DNA from: an uncultured Dehalococcoidia bacterium | GTDB lineage: Bacteria > Chloroflexota > Dehalococcoidia > Lucifugimonadales > CAJWER01 | Reading direction: 5' to 3' | DNA: 58,188 nucleotides | Assembly: GCA_964342485.1 (NCBI GenBank) | Contig: CAYFFO010000009.1 | Location: forward strand, 516 to 58,703 | Shown: positions 19,344 to 29,038 of the stretch, one piece after another | Layout of the letters: each line of letters starts with the position of its first letter | How positions within the stretch are numbered: position 1 is the first letter of the stretch | Program-made: the position numbers and the translations under genes | The notes under the pieces: model-generated | Database searches by the model: none | What the model saw: only the letters and a program-made list of their open reading frames with translations | What the model was told of the DNA's origin: nothing

Positions 19344-20531
19344 TTAGTAGTTTTCCTCTATTGCCTGTATAAGACTCAGAGCCAGTCTTTTTCGATCTTG
19401 TTCAATTCTTAGTACTTTAAGTCTAACAGCGTCTCCCTCTTTCACTACATCTCCAGGATGTCGAATAGCACTGGAAGAGAGTTCTGTAATATGTACTAAT
19501 CCCTCTATTGCGTTTTTAACTCGTGCAAAAGCTCCAAAATCAGTCAGTTTAGTGATCGTAGCGTCAACTACATCACCAATATGAAGGGTCTCATGTATTT
19601 GTTGCCACGGTTCGGGCGTCAATCTTTTTAACGTTAGACCAATCTTTTTTGTTTCCAAATCCAATGTTAGTATTTCAACTTCAATCTCTTGCCCTACTGT
19701 CACAATCTCTTCTGGAGATTGTACAGGCGCCCATGATAGTTCCGAAACATGGATTAAACCATCGGCTCCTCCAATATCTACAAAAACGCCAAAGTTGCTA
19801 ATACCACTAACTTTACCTGTTCTTTTTTCTCCTACTGCAAGGTTTTCTATTATACTCAGCTTTTTTGAATCTCTCTCTTCCTTGACAGCCAGTCGTTCAG
19901 ATAAAATTGCTCGGTTCCGAGATCGATCTATTTCAAGAACTTTCAATTTCAATTTTGAACCGGTGTATTTTTTTTGAGTATTTCCCTGATCAGCGGTTTT
20001 AATGGCACTGTTAGATTCTCTGGGTTCGCCTTGCTCTTTAGGTGCAAGGGAACTCAATATATCTTCTAATTCGTTTCTTGAAATACTAGCAATTTGGGAT
20101 ACAGGAACAAATCCTTGCACTGCTTCAACATCAACCATTGCTCCACCCCTGTTGAATCCAAGAATCTTGCCTTCAAGGGGAGTTCCTTTATCCAATGCTT
20201 TAGACAAAATGGCCCAGCCTGTTTCACCTGCTGCTTTGTCAATTGAAAAAAGTGGTGATCCTCCTGAATTACCGTCTCTTAAGACATAAACAAGAACGGG
20301 ATCACCAATTTCATAGGATTCCAAATTTTCAGATTTAACCGTTGACATTTCATGAGTTGGGACGAGTCCTTCTGATTTATGACCAACGTTTATCAAGATA
20401 CCATCATGGTCTTTTCGCATAATTACCCCTTCAATAATCTGTCCTCTTTCAAGTGGTTTGAGTGACTCTACTGAATCTAGTAAAGCTCCCATGTCTTGAA
20501 TCTGGTCAGTATCTTTGGGGTTATGGGTCAT
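19344..20531 (-). CDS. rpsA: 30S ribosomal protein S1 (four S1 domains)
   Basis: KSEG, NRGG..GFVP.SQ, FGVFVDIGGADGLIHVSELSW, FGAFARV...EGLVHITEL repeats. Start probably ATG 20531. Confidence 0.88.
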   Translation of the reverse strand: MTHNPKDTDQIQDMGALLDSVESLKPLERGQIIEGVIMRKDHDGILINVGHKSEGLVPTHEMSTVKSENLESYEIGDPVLVYVLRDGNSGGSPLFSIDKAAGETGWAILSKALDKGTPLEGKILGFNRGGAMVDVEAVQGFVPVSQIASISRNELEDILSSLAPKEQGEPRESNSAIKTADQGNTQKKYTGSKLKLKVLEIDRSRNRAILSERLAVKEERDSKKLSIIENLAVGEKRTGKVSGISNFGVFVDIGGADGLIHVSELSWAPVQSPEEIVTVGQEIEVEILTLDLETKKIGLTLKRLTPEPWQQIHETLHIGDVVDATITKLTDFGAFARVKNAIEGLVHITELSSSAIRHPGDVVKEGDAVRLKVLRIEQDRKRLALSLIQAIEENY

Positions 20532-20684
20532 GTTTTTGCCTTCAATAAATATATAAAATGCCAATCGATTTAATATCAAACAGGCGTGATGTTATTTTAC
20601 CATATTGAATCGACTTATATCTAAACAATATATCGTTGTGTACAAGTCTCTTGGAAATTTAATTGATATCTTTAAAATAAAAAT

Positions 20685-20808
20685 GCCCCCTGGCAGTGAC
20701 CTATTTTCCCACACCCTTGCAAGTGCAGTATCGTGAGCGCTAAAACGTTTCACTTCCGTGTTCGGGATGGGAACGGGTGGGTCCGTCTCGCTAAAACCAC
20801 CAGAGAGC
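20685..20808 (-). rRNA. rrf: 5S ribosomal RNA (stand-alone)
   Basis: Reverse complement contains CACCCGUUCCCAUCCCGAACACGGAAGUGAA, GAUACUG, GUGGGAAAAUAGGUCACUGCCAGG and terminal helix I. Confidence 0.96.
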
Positions 20809-20866
20809 CTTGATATCACTATTCTTTGATGAACACACTGGTTGTGAACTACATCAATTGATATAG

Positions 20867-20896
20867 ATTATACAAAATATCCCACTTAGGAGTCAA
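20867..20896 (-). promoter_or_regulatory. Near-consensus sigma70 promoter for the 5S rRNA gene
   Basis: Minus strand TTGACT-18 bp-TATAAT about 60 nt upstream of the 5S 5' end. Confidence 0.7.
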
Positions 20897-20906
20897 TTAA
20901 TCAATC

Positions 20907-22001
20907 TCAGATAATTTTAAGACTTCGATCTGGAATTGGTATATCAACTTTCACACCGTTGTTAAGATAACTTTCTCTAATGGCAATAGCAATTTCAAGT
21001 GATTCTCTACCAAATTCGCCAGGACAGAGATTCGGAAAATCACCATCAAGGGTTTTAGCAACACCTTCAAGTGCATCTACAACTGAACTTCTAGGTATCC
21101 ATGGATTAGGAAATATATTTTGGATGTCGTAGCTTATACTACTATTTTGGTCTGGAGCAGAGTTTTTCCAGAGCTCAAATGTAGCATGATGATTACGGGA
21201 CACAACCCTACCTTTTTCACATAAAAATTCTATAGACCAAGAATTCTCCGGTACATTAGAATTCAGCATACATATAACCCCATTTTGATATTTTATATAA
21301 CCAGATCCGGAAAGGTCTCTATTACTTAATGCTTTATTTGTATCGTCGATATCACCAAATGCCCAGATTGCAGGTGAGTCAATAAATGATCTAGCTAACG
21401 ACAAACTGTGGCTTCCAATGTTAGAAAGGGATAACGGAGTATTGCAAACTATGGATCTTAAAGATCCAAGTTCACCACTTTTTATCAAATCGCGGGCATA
21501 TTTATAGGGAGCATACCAGTTTAAATGGCACGCTATCACTAACAGAGTTTCGGATCGATTACATACATCAATGATTTCATCTGCTTCTTCTAGTGATCTA
21601 CAAAGAGGTTTTGTGGCAAAAATAGCTTTGACTCCTAGTTCTGCCAAAATTTTGATCGCAGCTGGTCGTTGAGCAGGTCTGGTTGTGACACTAACTATAT
21701 CAGGACGAGCATGTTTCATCATTTCTTCGATGTCAGAATACAGTCCATTTATTCCCCAACGTTCACCGAAATCCTGTAGTCTTTTTGCATCTAAATCTAC
21801 CCCTGCCACGAGTTCTACACCAGAAGCTTCGATCATCGCGGGGGCGTGAGCCCATGGCCACGGGTAATGTGGCAACCCTATATGTTCGTCATCGATAGTG
21901 CTCCCCATACGCCCGCATCCTACTACTGCTCCTCTATACCGGTGTTTAGGCCGAGATTCCTTTATGACCTCATATGCATTAATTTTGGAAAATTTAGACA
22001 A
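20907..22001 (-). CDS. Gfo/Idh/MocA family NAD(P)-dependent oxidoreductase
   Basis: VVGCGRMG, PDIVSVTT, ATKP (EKP-equivalent), GSH motif. Start uncertain. Confidence 0.85.
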   Translation of the reverse strand: MSKFSKINAYEVIKESRPKHRYRGAVVGCGRMGSTIDDEHIGLPHYPWPWAHAPAMIEASGVELVAGVDLDAKRLQDFGERWGINGLYSDIEEMMKHARPDIVSVTTRPAQRPAAIKILAELGVKAIFATKPLCRSLEEADEIIDVCNRSETLLVIACHLNWYAPYKYARDLIKSGELGSLRSIVCNTPLSLSNIGSHSLSLARSFIDSPAIWAFGDIDDTNKALSNRDLSGSGYIKYQNGVICMLNSNVPENSWSIEFLCEKGRVVSRNHHATFELWKNSAPDQNSSISYDIQNIFPNPWIPRSSVVDALEGVAKTLDGDFPNLCPGEFGRESLEIAIAIRESYLNNGVKVDIPIPDRSLKII

Positions 22002-22012
22002 ATTCTTGATTC

Positions 22013-22813
22013 CTAATCATAGTTACTTGAAGTATGGTCACCTAATATACGTCTTTGTCTAGGATTACAAATTGCAAGGATATCTGGATCGAATTGGAAT
22101 TTATTTAGATAAGGTGGGAATTTTTGTGTGATCATTCTATTGGCATAGTGCACCTGCAATAAGTATCTGATTTCGTTACTTTGATTAGATGTTCCTCTAT
22201 GCCAAACTTCGGATCTAAATATAACGGCATCCCCTGCTTTGCAGATCACACTTTGTCCACCTTTGCCATGCCACTCTGTATCTCCATTGGGACGTCTTCC
22301 AGATAAATGACTTCCGGGAATAAATTTCGTAGGCCCGAGTTCTTCGTACATATCATTAAGATAGTAATGCGCAGTTGATATGAATATCGGAGTTTCGACT
22401 CTAGGATCAGCCAGTACATCTTCAGGTAATTCAATTGGAAGCCAGTCACAATGATATTGTTGATCGGGTCTACCTGGTCCAGTAACCCAAGCTGTCATTC
22501 CTATAATATGACAGTCTTCTCCATGTATTGCTTCCGCAAGGTCAATTACATCGGGCCGGTCAAGGAATTTTAGAAAAACAGGATTTCTATTGAATACGTT
22601 GTTGATATGTTTATTCAGAAACCCACCGTTATCAACTGTGGTGTGTCTGTTGAAACTAGCTTCAATAGGTGTTAGGTCATCCATTATAGATTTGAGTTCA
22701 GATATTTCGTCTTGAGACAAGGCATCTGGAAAATATGCGTATCCATCATCTTTCATCGCCTTTATTCTATTTGCGAGATCTGGCTGTGGTTTTAATTCCA
22801 AATTATCGGCCAT
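22013..22813 (-). CDS. Phytanoyl-CoA dioxygenase (PhyH) family Fe(II)/2OG dioxygenase
   Basis: DDGY.YFPDAL, HxD (YHCD), GPT.FIPGSH, GDAVIF...WHRG..N...R. Confidence 0.88.
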   Translation of the reverse strand: MADNLELKPQPDLANRIKAMKDDGYAYFPDALSQDEISELKSIMDDLTPIEASFNRHTTVDNGGFLNKHINNVFNRNPVFLKFLDRPDVIDLAEAIHGEDCHIIGMTAWVTGPGRPDQQYHCDWLPIELPEDVLADPRVETPIFISTAHYYLNDMYEELGPTKFIPGSHLSGRRPNGDTEWHGKGGQSVICKAGDAVIFRSEVWHRGTSNQSNEIRYLLQVHYANRMITQKFPPYLNKFQFDPDILAICNPRQRRILGDHTSSNYD

Positions 22814-22850
22814 ATTACACCTCGGCGAATATTTAAACTTATTGGAGTGG

Positions 22851-22880
22851 ATACTAGCCATCAAACTATATAGGTGTCAA
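22851..22880 (-). promoter_or_regulatory. Putative sigma70 promoter for phyH-like gene
   Basis: Minus strand TTGACA-18 bp-TAGTAT. Consistent with start codon 22813. Confidence 0.45.
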
Positions 22881-23064
22881 GTCAAAATGGACTGAATTCG
22901 AGTAAATAGGGTATGTACCAAATAATGATCTGCAGGATTAACTCGACGACTACAAGCCTAATTGGTATCATCGGATCGCAGATAGCTTTTACAATTATAA
23001 ATATTGATGGATCTAAATATCTCTTAGAGAAAATATACAGTATTCTTGGTGGGTTTTAAGAATC

Positions 23065-24435
23065 ATGTCAAATAGAGAACATAGAGTTTTATCATTATGT
23101 GGTTTTTTGGGATATGGATTCCCAAAAAGTTCTTTGGATGTGGGTCTGTCTCATTTGCCCGATGTAGTGGGAGTTGATAACGGTTCTACAGATCCTGGTC
23201 CATATTATCTTGGTAGCGGTAAATCCCTTATCAAGCCAGCACAATTGAAACGCGATCTAAGTATCGCGTTAAATGGGTCTCGGCAATTACAATTGCCTTT
23301 TGTAGTGGGGTCAGCTGGCACAGCAGGAGGAGAACCACATGTTGCTTCAGTATTAAAAATTCTAAAAACAATTTCTAGAGAGCAACGCCATACATACCGT
23401 CTTGCAATTATAAGGTCTGATTTAGATAAAGAGTTTTTAAAAACCTTCCTGAAATCTGGGAAAATTCGCCCCATGGGCCAAATCCCTGAACTTACAGAAC
23501 GCGAATTGGATTTGTCGAAGAGGGTAGTAGGTCAAATGGGAGTGGCACCATTTATTGAAGCATTTGAAGGAGGGGCGGATGTAATCATAGCTGGAAGATC
23601 TTGTGATACAGCTATATTCGCTTCAATGGCAATTATGAAAGGATTTGATCCAGGTCTTGCTTATCATATGGCAAAAATTATTGAATGTGGAGCACAGTGT
23701 GCTATTCCTACCGGCACCAATGATTCAATAATTGCAAAATTAAGAGATGATCATTTCGAATTAGAGGCAGTAAATCATAATCGGCGTTTAACACCTACAT
23801 CAGTTGCGGCTCATATGTTATATGAACAACCAGAACCTCACCGTTTTTACGAACCGGAAGGGGTTGTTGATTTAAGTGATGTGCGTATGGAACAAATTGA
23901 TGATAGGAAAGTTATGGTATATGGAAGTAAATTCCATGCAGCTGAACAACCAACCATTAAAATTGAGGGTGCCAAGTTTGTCGGGTACCGATCAATATCA
24001 ATAGCTGGGATTGTTGACCCAATATTGATATCTAATCTTGAAGATATCCAGAATGATGTTGCTGGGACGGTGGATAACATGCTCTTAAACTCAGTAGGAA
24101 CTTATTCTTTACGTTTTATTAATTACGGTAAAAATGGTGTGTCAATGGCACCGTTATCTCAAGATAAGGTAAATCCAAGAGAATTAGGTGTTGTAATTGA
24201 AGTAATAGCTGACGACCAGGAGACATCTGACGCAGTTTTGGCTCTTACTAGGAGCACTTTTTTACACAGCGGCTTTAAGGGTAGAAAAGCTACCGGAGGG
24301 AATTTAGCTTTTCCATTTTCCCCATCAGATTTTACTGGAGGACCCGTATATGAATTCAATGTTTATCATCTAATGGAAGTGGATGATACTAAAAGTCTTT
24401 TCACGGTAGAATTCGAAGATATCAATTATAAATAA
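23065..24435 (+). CDS. Acyclic terpene utilization AtuA family (DUF1446) protein
   Basis: GFLGYGF, D.GSTDPGPYYLG, GSAGTAG, VGQMG, GR..D.A, K..ECGA, AAH.LYE, GNLAFPFSP. Confidence 0.85.
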   Translation: MSNREHRVLSLCGFLGYGFPKSSLDVGLSHLPDVVGVDNGSTDPGPYYLGSGKSLIKPAQLKRDLSIALNGSRQLQLPFVVGSAGTAGGEPHVASVLKILKTISREQRHTYRLAIIRSDLDKEFLKTFLKSGKIRPMGQIPELTERELDLSKRVVGQMGVAPFIEAFEGGADVIIAGRSCDTAIFASMAIMKGFDPGLAYHMAKIIECGAQCAIPTGTNDSIIAKLRDDHFELEAVNHNRRLTPTSVAAHMLYEQPEPHRFYEPEGVVDLSDVRMEQIDDRKVMVYGSKFHAAEQPTIKIEGAKFVGYRSISIAGIVDPILISNLEDIQNDVAGTVDNMLLNSVGTYSLRFINYGKNGVSMAPLSQDKVNPRELGVVIEVIADDQETSDAVLALTRSTFLHSGFKGRKATGGNLAFPFSPSDFTGGPVYEFNVYHLMEVDDTKSLFTVEFEDINYK

Positions 24436-24460
24436 TTAGCTATAAAATGGGTTTAGCACA

Positions 24461-24772
24461 TTGAAAACTTTATACGATTTAGCTCAGGTGATACGCTCAA
24501 AAAATGCGGGCCCTTTGTACATCACTATAGACATATTATTTGATCAAAACCAGGCTTTTGATAGAGTAGTTTCTAGTGAAATCCTGACACCTGATTTAGT
24601 TTCCCGTTTGTATGGTGTTGAAATTGCCGATGTTGAAATATTCATTTTTGAGCCAGCTAAAGCAATTAAGATCACTTTTCCTAGAATTGGGGCTACTTCT
24701 GGAGCAATAGGAGATAAAGATGTTTATGGAGCCCAACAACATGGGCCTATTAGTGCGGTATGTGTACAGTGA
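24461..24772 (+). CDS. DUF4387 family protein (AtuA partner)
   Basis: IRSKNAGP..ITIDI, AIKITFPR, G..GD.DVYGAQQH.P. TTG start. Confidence 0.88.
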   Translation: MKTLYDLAQVIRSKNAGPLYITIDILFDQNQAFDRVVSSEILTPDLVSRLYGVEIADVEIFIFEPAKAIKITFPRIGATSGAIGDKDVYGAQQHGPISAVCVQ

Positions 24773-24929
24773 GTCATGGTAAAAAAATTGATATTGAATC
24801 AAATCACAAAAGATTTTAATAACGATCATTAATGTAGTGTTTTTTGAAATATATTTTGAGATAAGTCTATTGGTTTTGAAACAATATTTTGATTAATAAA
24901 CTTGAAAATAATCAAACCTAGGTGGAAAA

Positions 24930-25799
24930 ATGATAGATAGTAATATGCAGAGCGCAGTTTTAGGACGAACTGGATTGTGTGTAAAGAGACTTGGATATGG
25001 AGCAGCGCACAGAAAGCCTCAATCTAAAGAAAATGCGAAGCTAATTCACCAAACGGCCTTAGATCTGGGAATAAATTTTATTGATACAGCAGATGATTAT
25101 GGCAATAGTGAAGAACTGATTGGGGAATTCTTGTCACACAGAAGGTCTGAATATTTTCTAGCAACCAAATGTGGTGGTTCTGATAAGGGACATATTTGGA
25201 CCAAACAAAACTGTATATTGACATTTGAAAATAGCTTAAAAAGATTAAAAACCGACGTCATAGATATTATGCAGCTACATAACCCATCAGTAGATGAATG
25301 TGTATCAGGGAAATTAGTCGAAGCTTTACAGGAAATGAAACAAACAGGAAAAGTTCATTGGATAGGTGTTTCAACTAATTTGCCTGATTTAACAACCTAT
25401 TTAGAATGGGATGTTTTTGATGTTTTCCAAATTCCGTATTCTCCGTTAGAAAGATTACATGAAGATTGGATAAGAAAAGTGGCATCAAATGGAGTTGGGG
25501 TAATAATTAGAGGAGGAGCTGCTTTAGGGGAGCCTGGTATTGGTAAAGGAGAAAAGTTAAATTGGGACAATTTTAACAAATCAAATTTAGATGATCTACG
25601 TGGTTTTGGCGAAAGTCGTACCTCTTTCGTGCTACGTTTAACGCTTACTCACCCTGATGCACATACTCTTATTGTAGGTACTACAAATCTCAAACACCTC
25701 AAAGAAAATGTAGAATCAGTACAACGTGGTCCTCTAGATGAGGATATATATCTGGAAGCGATGAAGCGGCTTGAAAAGCTTGGAGAGCGGCCTGTTTAG
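24930..25799 (+). CDS. Aldo/keto reductase
   Basis: LGRTGL.V..LGYG, GINFIDTADDYG.SE, LATK, SLKRLKTD.ID..QLH. Confidence 0.92.
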   Translation: MIDSNMQSAVLGRTGLCVKRLGYGAAHRKPQSKENAKLIHQTALDLGINFIDTADDYGNSEELIGEFLSHRRSEYFLATKCGGSDKGHIWTKQNCILTFENSLKRLKTDVIDIMQLHNPSVDECVSGKLVEALQEMKQTGKVHWIGVSTNLPDLTTYLEWDVFDVFQIPYSPLERLHEDWIRKVASNGVGVIIRGGAALGEPGIGKGEKLNWDNFNKSNLDDLRGFGESRTSFVLRLTLTHPDAHTLIVGTTNLKHLKENVESVQRGPLDEDIYLEAMKRLEKLGERPV

Positions 25800-25896
25800 C
25801 CTAAGAAATAGGATATGAGTATACAAAATCCTCGAATAATTTGATTAAAAAGCATATGTATTTGTTTTATCGAGCTAGTTATTTATCTTGGATAAG

Positions 25897-28374
25897 TCAC
25901 GATAGGACAATGTTAATCAATTTATTGGGGATATAAATTATTTTTTCTGTTTTCATATTTTGAATGTGTTGTTTTATTCTCTGACTTGATAAAGCTAACT
26001 CTTTAGCTTTATCTTCAGATATATCCCTTTCGATCTCTAGCTTGTCGCGTAATTTCCCATTAACCTGGACTATCATAGTAATAATATCGCTTGTCACTAA
26101 ATTAGGATCCCATTCGGGTAGCTTTTGAGAATGAATACTAAAATGATGACCAGTTTTTTCCCATAATTCTTCACTTATGTGTGGAGCAAAAGGAGCGAGA
26201 AGCAATAATAAAGTTTCTATAGCCTGATCCCATGTTTTTGGATCTATTCCTTTTAATACAGATACCTTGTTGAGACTATTTGTAAATTCCATCAAAGTTG
26301 CGAGAGCAGTATTAAATTTAAATCGTTCAAGATCTTCAGTTACCTTTTTGGTAGTCTTGTGGATTGATCGAGTTAAATCTCTATTTAGATCTTCCTTTAA
26401 GGTATGGGATGTTAATATTTCCATGTTTTTATGCGAAATTTCCCAAATCCTATTCATCCAACGAGATATCCCGTTTAACCCAGTTTTGCTCCAATCGCCT
26501 CCCTGTTCCCATGGACCTAGGAACATGAGATAACATCTAACGGTATCGGCACCAACGGTATTAACATATTCGTCCGGTGCTACTACATTTCCTCTAGACT
26601 TACTCATTTTCTGATGATCGGCGATGATATGACCTTGATTGAATAATTTAGTAAAAGGTTCGTCAATTTCAATTAGCCTAAGATCCCTCATGGCTTTTGT
26701 AAAAAACCTCGCATATAACAAATGCATAACTGCATGTTCAGCTCCACCAGTATATTGGCCAACAGGGTTCCAATCATGGACTGCTTTCTTATCGAAAGGT
26801 CCCTTATCATAATTAGGGTTTGCAAAGCGCAGTTGATACCAGGATGAATCTACAAAAGTATCCATTGTGTCAGTCTCTCGCTCTGCTTGTTTACCGCATT
26901 TAGAGCAGATGGTATTAATAAAACTATCGAGTCGCTTTAATGGAGATTCGCCTGTTGGTAGAAATTCAGCATTCTCTGGAAGTAGAACAGGGAGTTCGGT
27001 TTCTGGTACTGGTACAGTTCCACAATCTTTGCAGTAGATTATAGGAATTGGGGTGCCCCAGTATCTCTGTCTTGATATAAGCCAATCTCTAATTCGATAG
27101 TTAATAGACCTTTTCCCCCAACCTTTTTTTTCGATAAAATCAGCTATTGAATCTTTCGCTGAAAGACTAGGTTGACCACTAAATGAACCTGAATTGACCT
27201 GTTTACCTGGATCCGTATATGCCGCATCAAATTCTTTGCCATCCCAGTTTTCAGGAGCGATAACAATATCTATTGGGAGATCGTTATTTTTAGCAAAATC
27301 AAAATCTCTTTGGTCATGTGCCGGTACAGCCATCACCACTCCGGTTCCGTATGTTAGTAAAACATAATCCGCGATAAAAATGGGTACTCTCTTCCCGTTT
27401 ATTGGATTAATACAGTACGACCCTGTGAAAACACCGGTTTTTTCTTTGTCAGTTGATAGTCTCTCTATTTCAGTCTGTTGACGTGCCTGTTCTACATAAT
27501 TATTTACTTCAATTCGCCTGTCAGACGTGGTTAATGAAGGCACTAAGTCATGTTCAGGGGCAATTACAACAAATGTAACTCCAAATATTGTGTCAATTCT
27601 AGTAGTGAAAGTTATTAGTTCTTTCTGCTCTAATTCGTATTCGGATATGTCAAACTTAATTTCGACTCCTTCACTTTTACCAATCCAATTAGATTGCATT
27701 ATGTTAATTTTGTCGGGCCAGTCCAATTTAGAATGGTCGAGAAGCTCTTCAGCATAGTCTGTTATTCTAAAGAACCATTGGTTCAGATTTTTTCTAGTAA
27801 CCAAGTCATCGCATCTTTCACATCGTCCTTCAATGACCTGTTCATTAGCTAAAACAGTGTTATCTGTTGGACACCAATTTGCTGGAGCAAATTGTCTATA
27901 TGCTAAGCCTGATTCGAAAAATTTTAGAAATATCCATTGATTCCATTTATAATATTCAGGAAGGGACGTATTGATTTCTCTCGACCAGTCATAAATATTC
28001 CCCATAGATCGGAGTTGTTTTCTCATATTCTGGATATTATTCTTAGTACGAATTGCAGGGTGTATACCATCTTTAATAGCTGCATTTTCAGCTGGTAATC
28101 CAAAAGCATCAAAACCCATTGGATGGAGTACGTTAAAACCTTGCATCCTTTTGAATCTCGCATGAGTGTCTGAAGGTGCCATAGCGTACCAATGGCCAAT
28201 ATGTAAATCACCAGAGGGATATGGATACATAGTTAATTCGAATAATTTCTCTTTTTGGTCGGTATCGTCAACTATATATATACCCTCATCTTCCCATTTT
28301 GATTGCCATTTCTTTTCAATTTGAGTTGGTTGGTATGTGGAATAATTGTCGATATTATTTTCTTGCCCTGCCAT
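25897..28374 (-). CDS. leuS: Leucine--tRNA ligase
   Basis: YPSGDLHIGH, GFDAFGLPAENAA, CP1 editing domain, SRQRYWG, KMSKS, QVNGKLR. Confidence 0.98.
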   Translation of the reverse strand: MAGQENNIDNYSTYQPTQIEKKWQSKWEDEGIYIVDDTDQKEKLFELTMYPYPSGDLHIGHWYAMAPSDTHARFKRMQGFNVLHPMGFDAFGLPAENAAIKDGIHPAIRTKNNIQNMRKQLRSMGNIYDWSREINTSLPEYYKWNQWIFLKFFESGLAYRQFAPANWCPTDNTVLANEQVIEGRCERCDDLVTRKNLNQWFFRITDYAEELLDHSKLDWPDKINIMQSNWIGKSEGVEIKFDISEYELEQKELITFTTRIDTIFGVTFVVIAPEHDLVPSLTTSDRRIEVNNYVEQARQQTEIERLSTDKEKTGVFTGSYCINPINGKRVPIFIADYVLLTYGTGVVMAVPAHDQRDFDFAKNNDLPIDIVIAPENWDGKEFDAAYTDPGKQVNSGSFSGQPSLSAKDSIADFIEKKGWGKRSINYRIRDWLISRQRYWGTPIPIIYCKDCGTVPVPETELPVLLPENAEFLPTGESPLKRLDSFINTICSKCGKQAERETDTMDTFVDSSWYQLRFANPNYDKGPFDKKAVHDWNPVGQYTGGAEHAVMHLLYARFFTKAMRDLRLIEIDEPFTKLFNQGHIIADHQKMSKSRGNVVAPDEYVNTVGADTVRCYLMFLGPWEQGGDWSKTGLNGISRWMNRIWEISHKNMEILTSHTLKEDLNRDLTRSIHKTTKKVTEDLERFKFNTALATLMEFTNSLNKVSVLKGIDPKTWDQAIETLLLLLAPFAPHISEELWEKTGHHFSIHSQKLPEWDPNLVTSDIITMIVQVNGKLRDKLEIERDISEDKAKELALSSQRIKQHIQNMKTEKIIYIPNKLINIVLS

Positions 28375-28639
28375 ACTTGTATCCTTCTATATATAAATTA
28401 CGAATGTTCTACGATGAAAAACATCCCTAATATGTAGCAGCAGGTAAAATTTTCCGCCTGATGCTAATATATTTCTTATTGGTTATAACGAACCGTAGCA
28501 TGCAAAAATAGCTGGGTCAATCGATTTACAAACAGGTTTAAAATTACATTTGAATCTATAGTTATTTTATAGATAAGAAAATCGTTTGTCGTCTCAACCA
28601 TGTTGATAAAGAAAAGTAATTCTGTATAAGGAAACGTGA

Positions 28640-29038
28640 ATGTCGGAAAAGGTTTTTACAATTGAGGAAGCTCAAGAACACATTTCTTGGTTGATCAATG
28701 AAATAGAATCAATAATTCCCAAACGAAATTCAATTCGCGATTTGCAACGACAAATTGATGAACTGGTATCTCGAATGGCAGGTAACGGTGGACAAAATTC
28801 TCACAATAAACTTGAAGAATTTCAAAAAGAATTGAACAAGGTATCCCAAGATATCAAAAAGGTGGTATCAGCCATAAGCAAAAGAGGTATTTTAATAAAA
28901 GGTATAGATCCATTTCTTGTAGATTTCCCTCATAAAATGGACGCGAGATTGGTGTACTTATGTTGGACAGAAGGAGAAACTTCAATAAAGTTTTGGCACG
29001 AGATTGACATAGGCTTTCAGGGAAGACAGACTCTATAG
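28640..29038 (+). CDS. DUF2203 family protein
   Basis: FT.EEA N-terminus and LVDFP....VYLCW..GE..I.FWH....GF.GR C-terminus. Confidence 0.85.
   Translation: MSEKVFTIEEAQEHISWLINEIESIIPKRNSIRDLQRQIDELVSRMAGNGGQNSHNKLEEFQKELNKVSQDIKKVVSAISKRGILIKGIDPFLVDFPHKMDARLVYLCWTEGETSIKFWHEIDIGFQGRQTL

Noticed and set aside
20592-20819. 75-aa minus-strand ORF (…SETDPPVPIPNTEVKRFSA…)
   Set aside because: It is the translation of the 5S rRNA gene, a common spurious ORF.
28375-28640. T-box riboswitch upstream of leuS
   Set aside because: No AGGGUGGNACCGCG T-box motif, specifier stem or terminator/antiterminator pair is visible.
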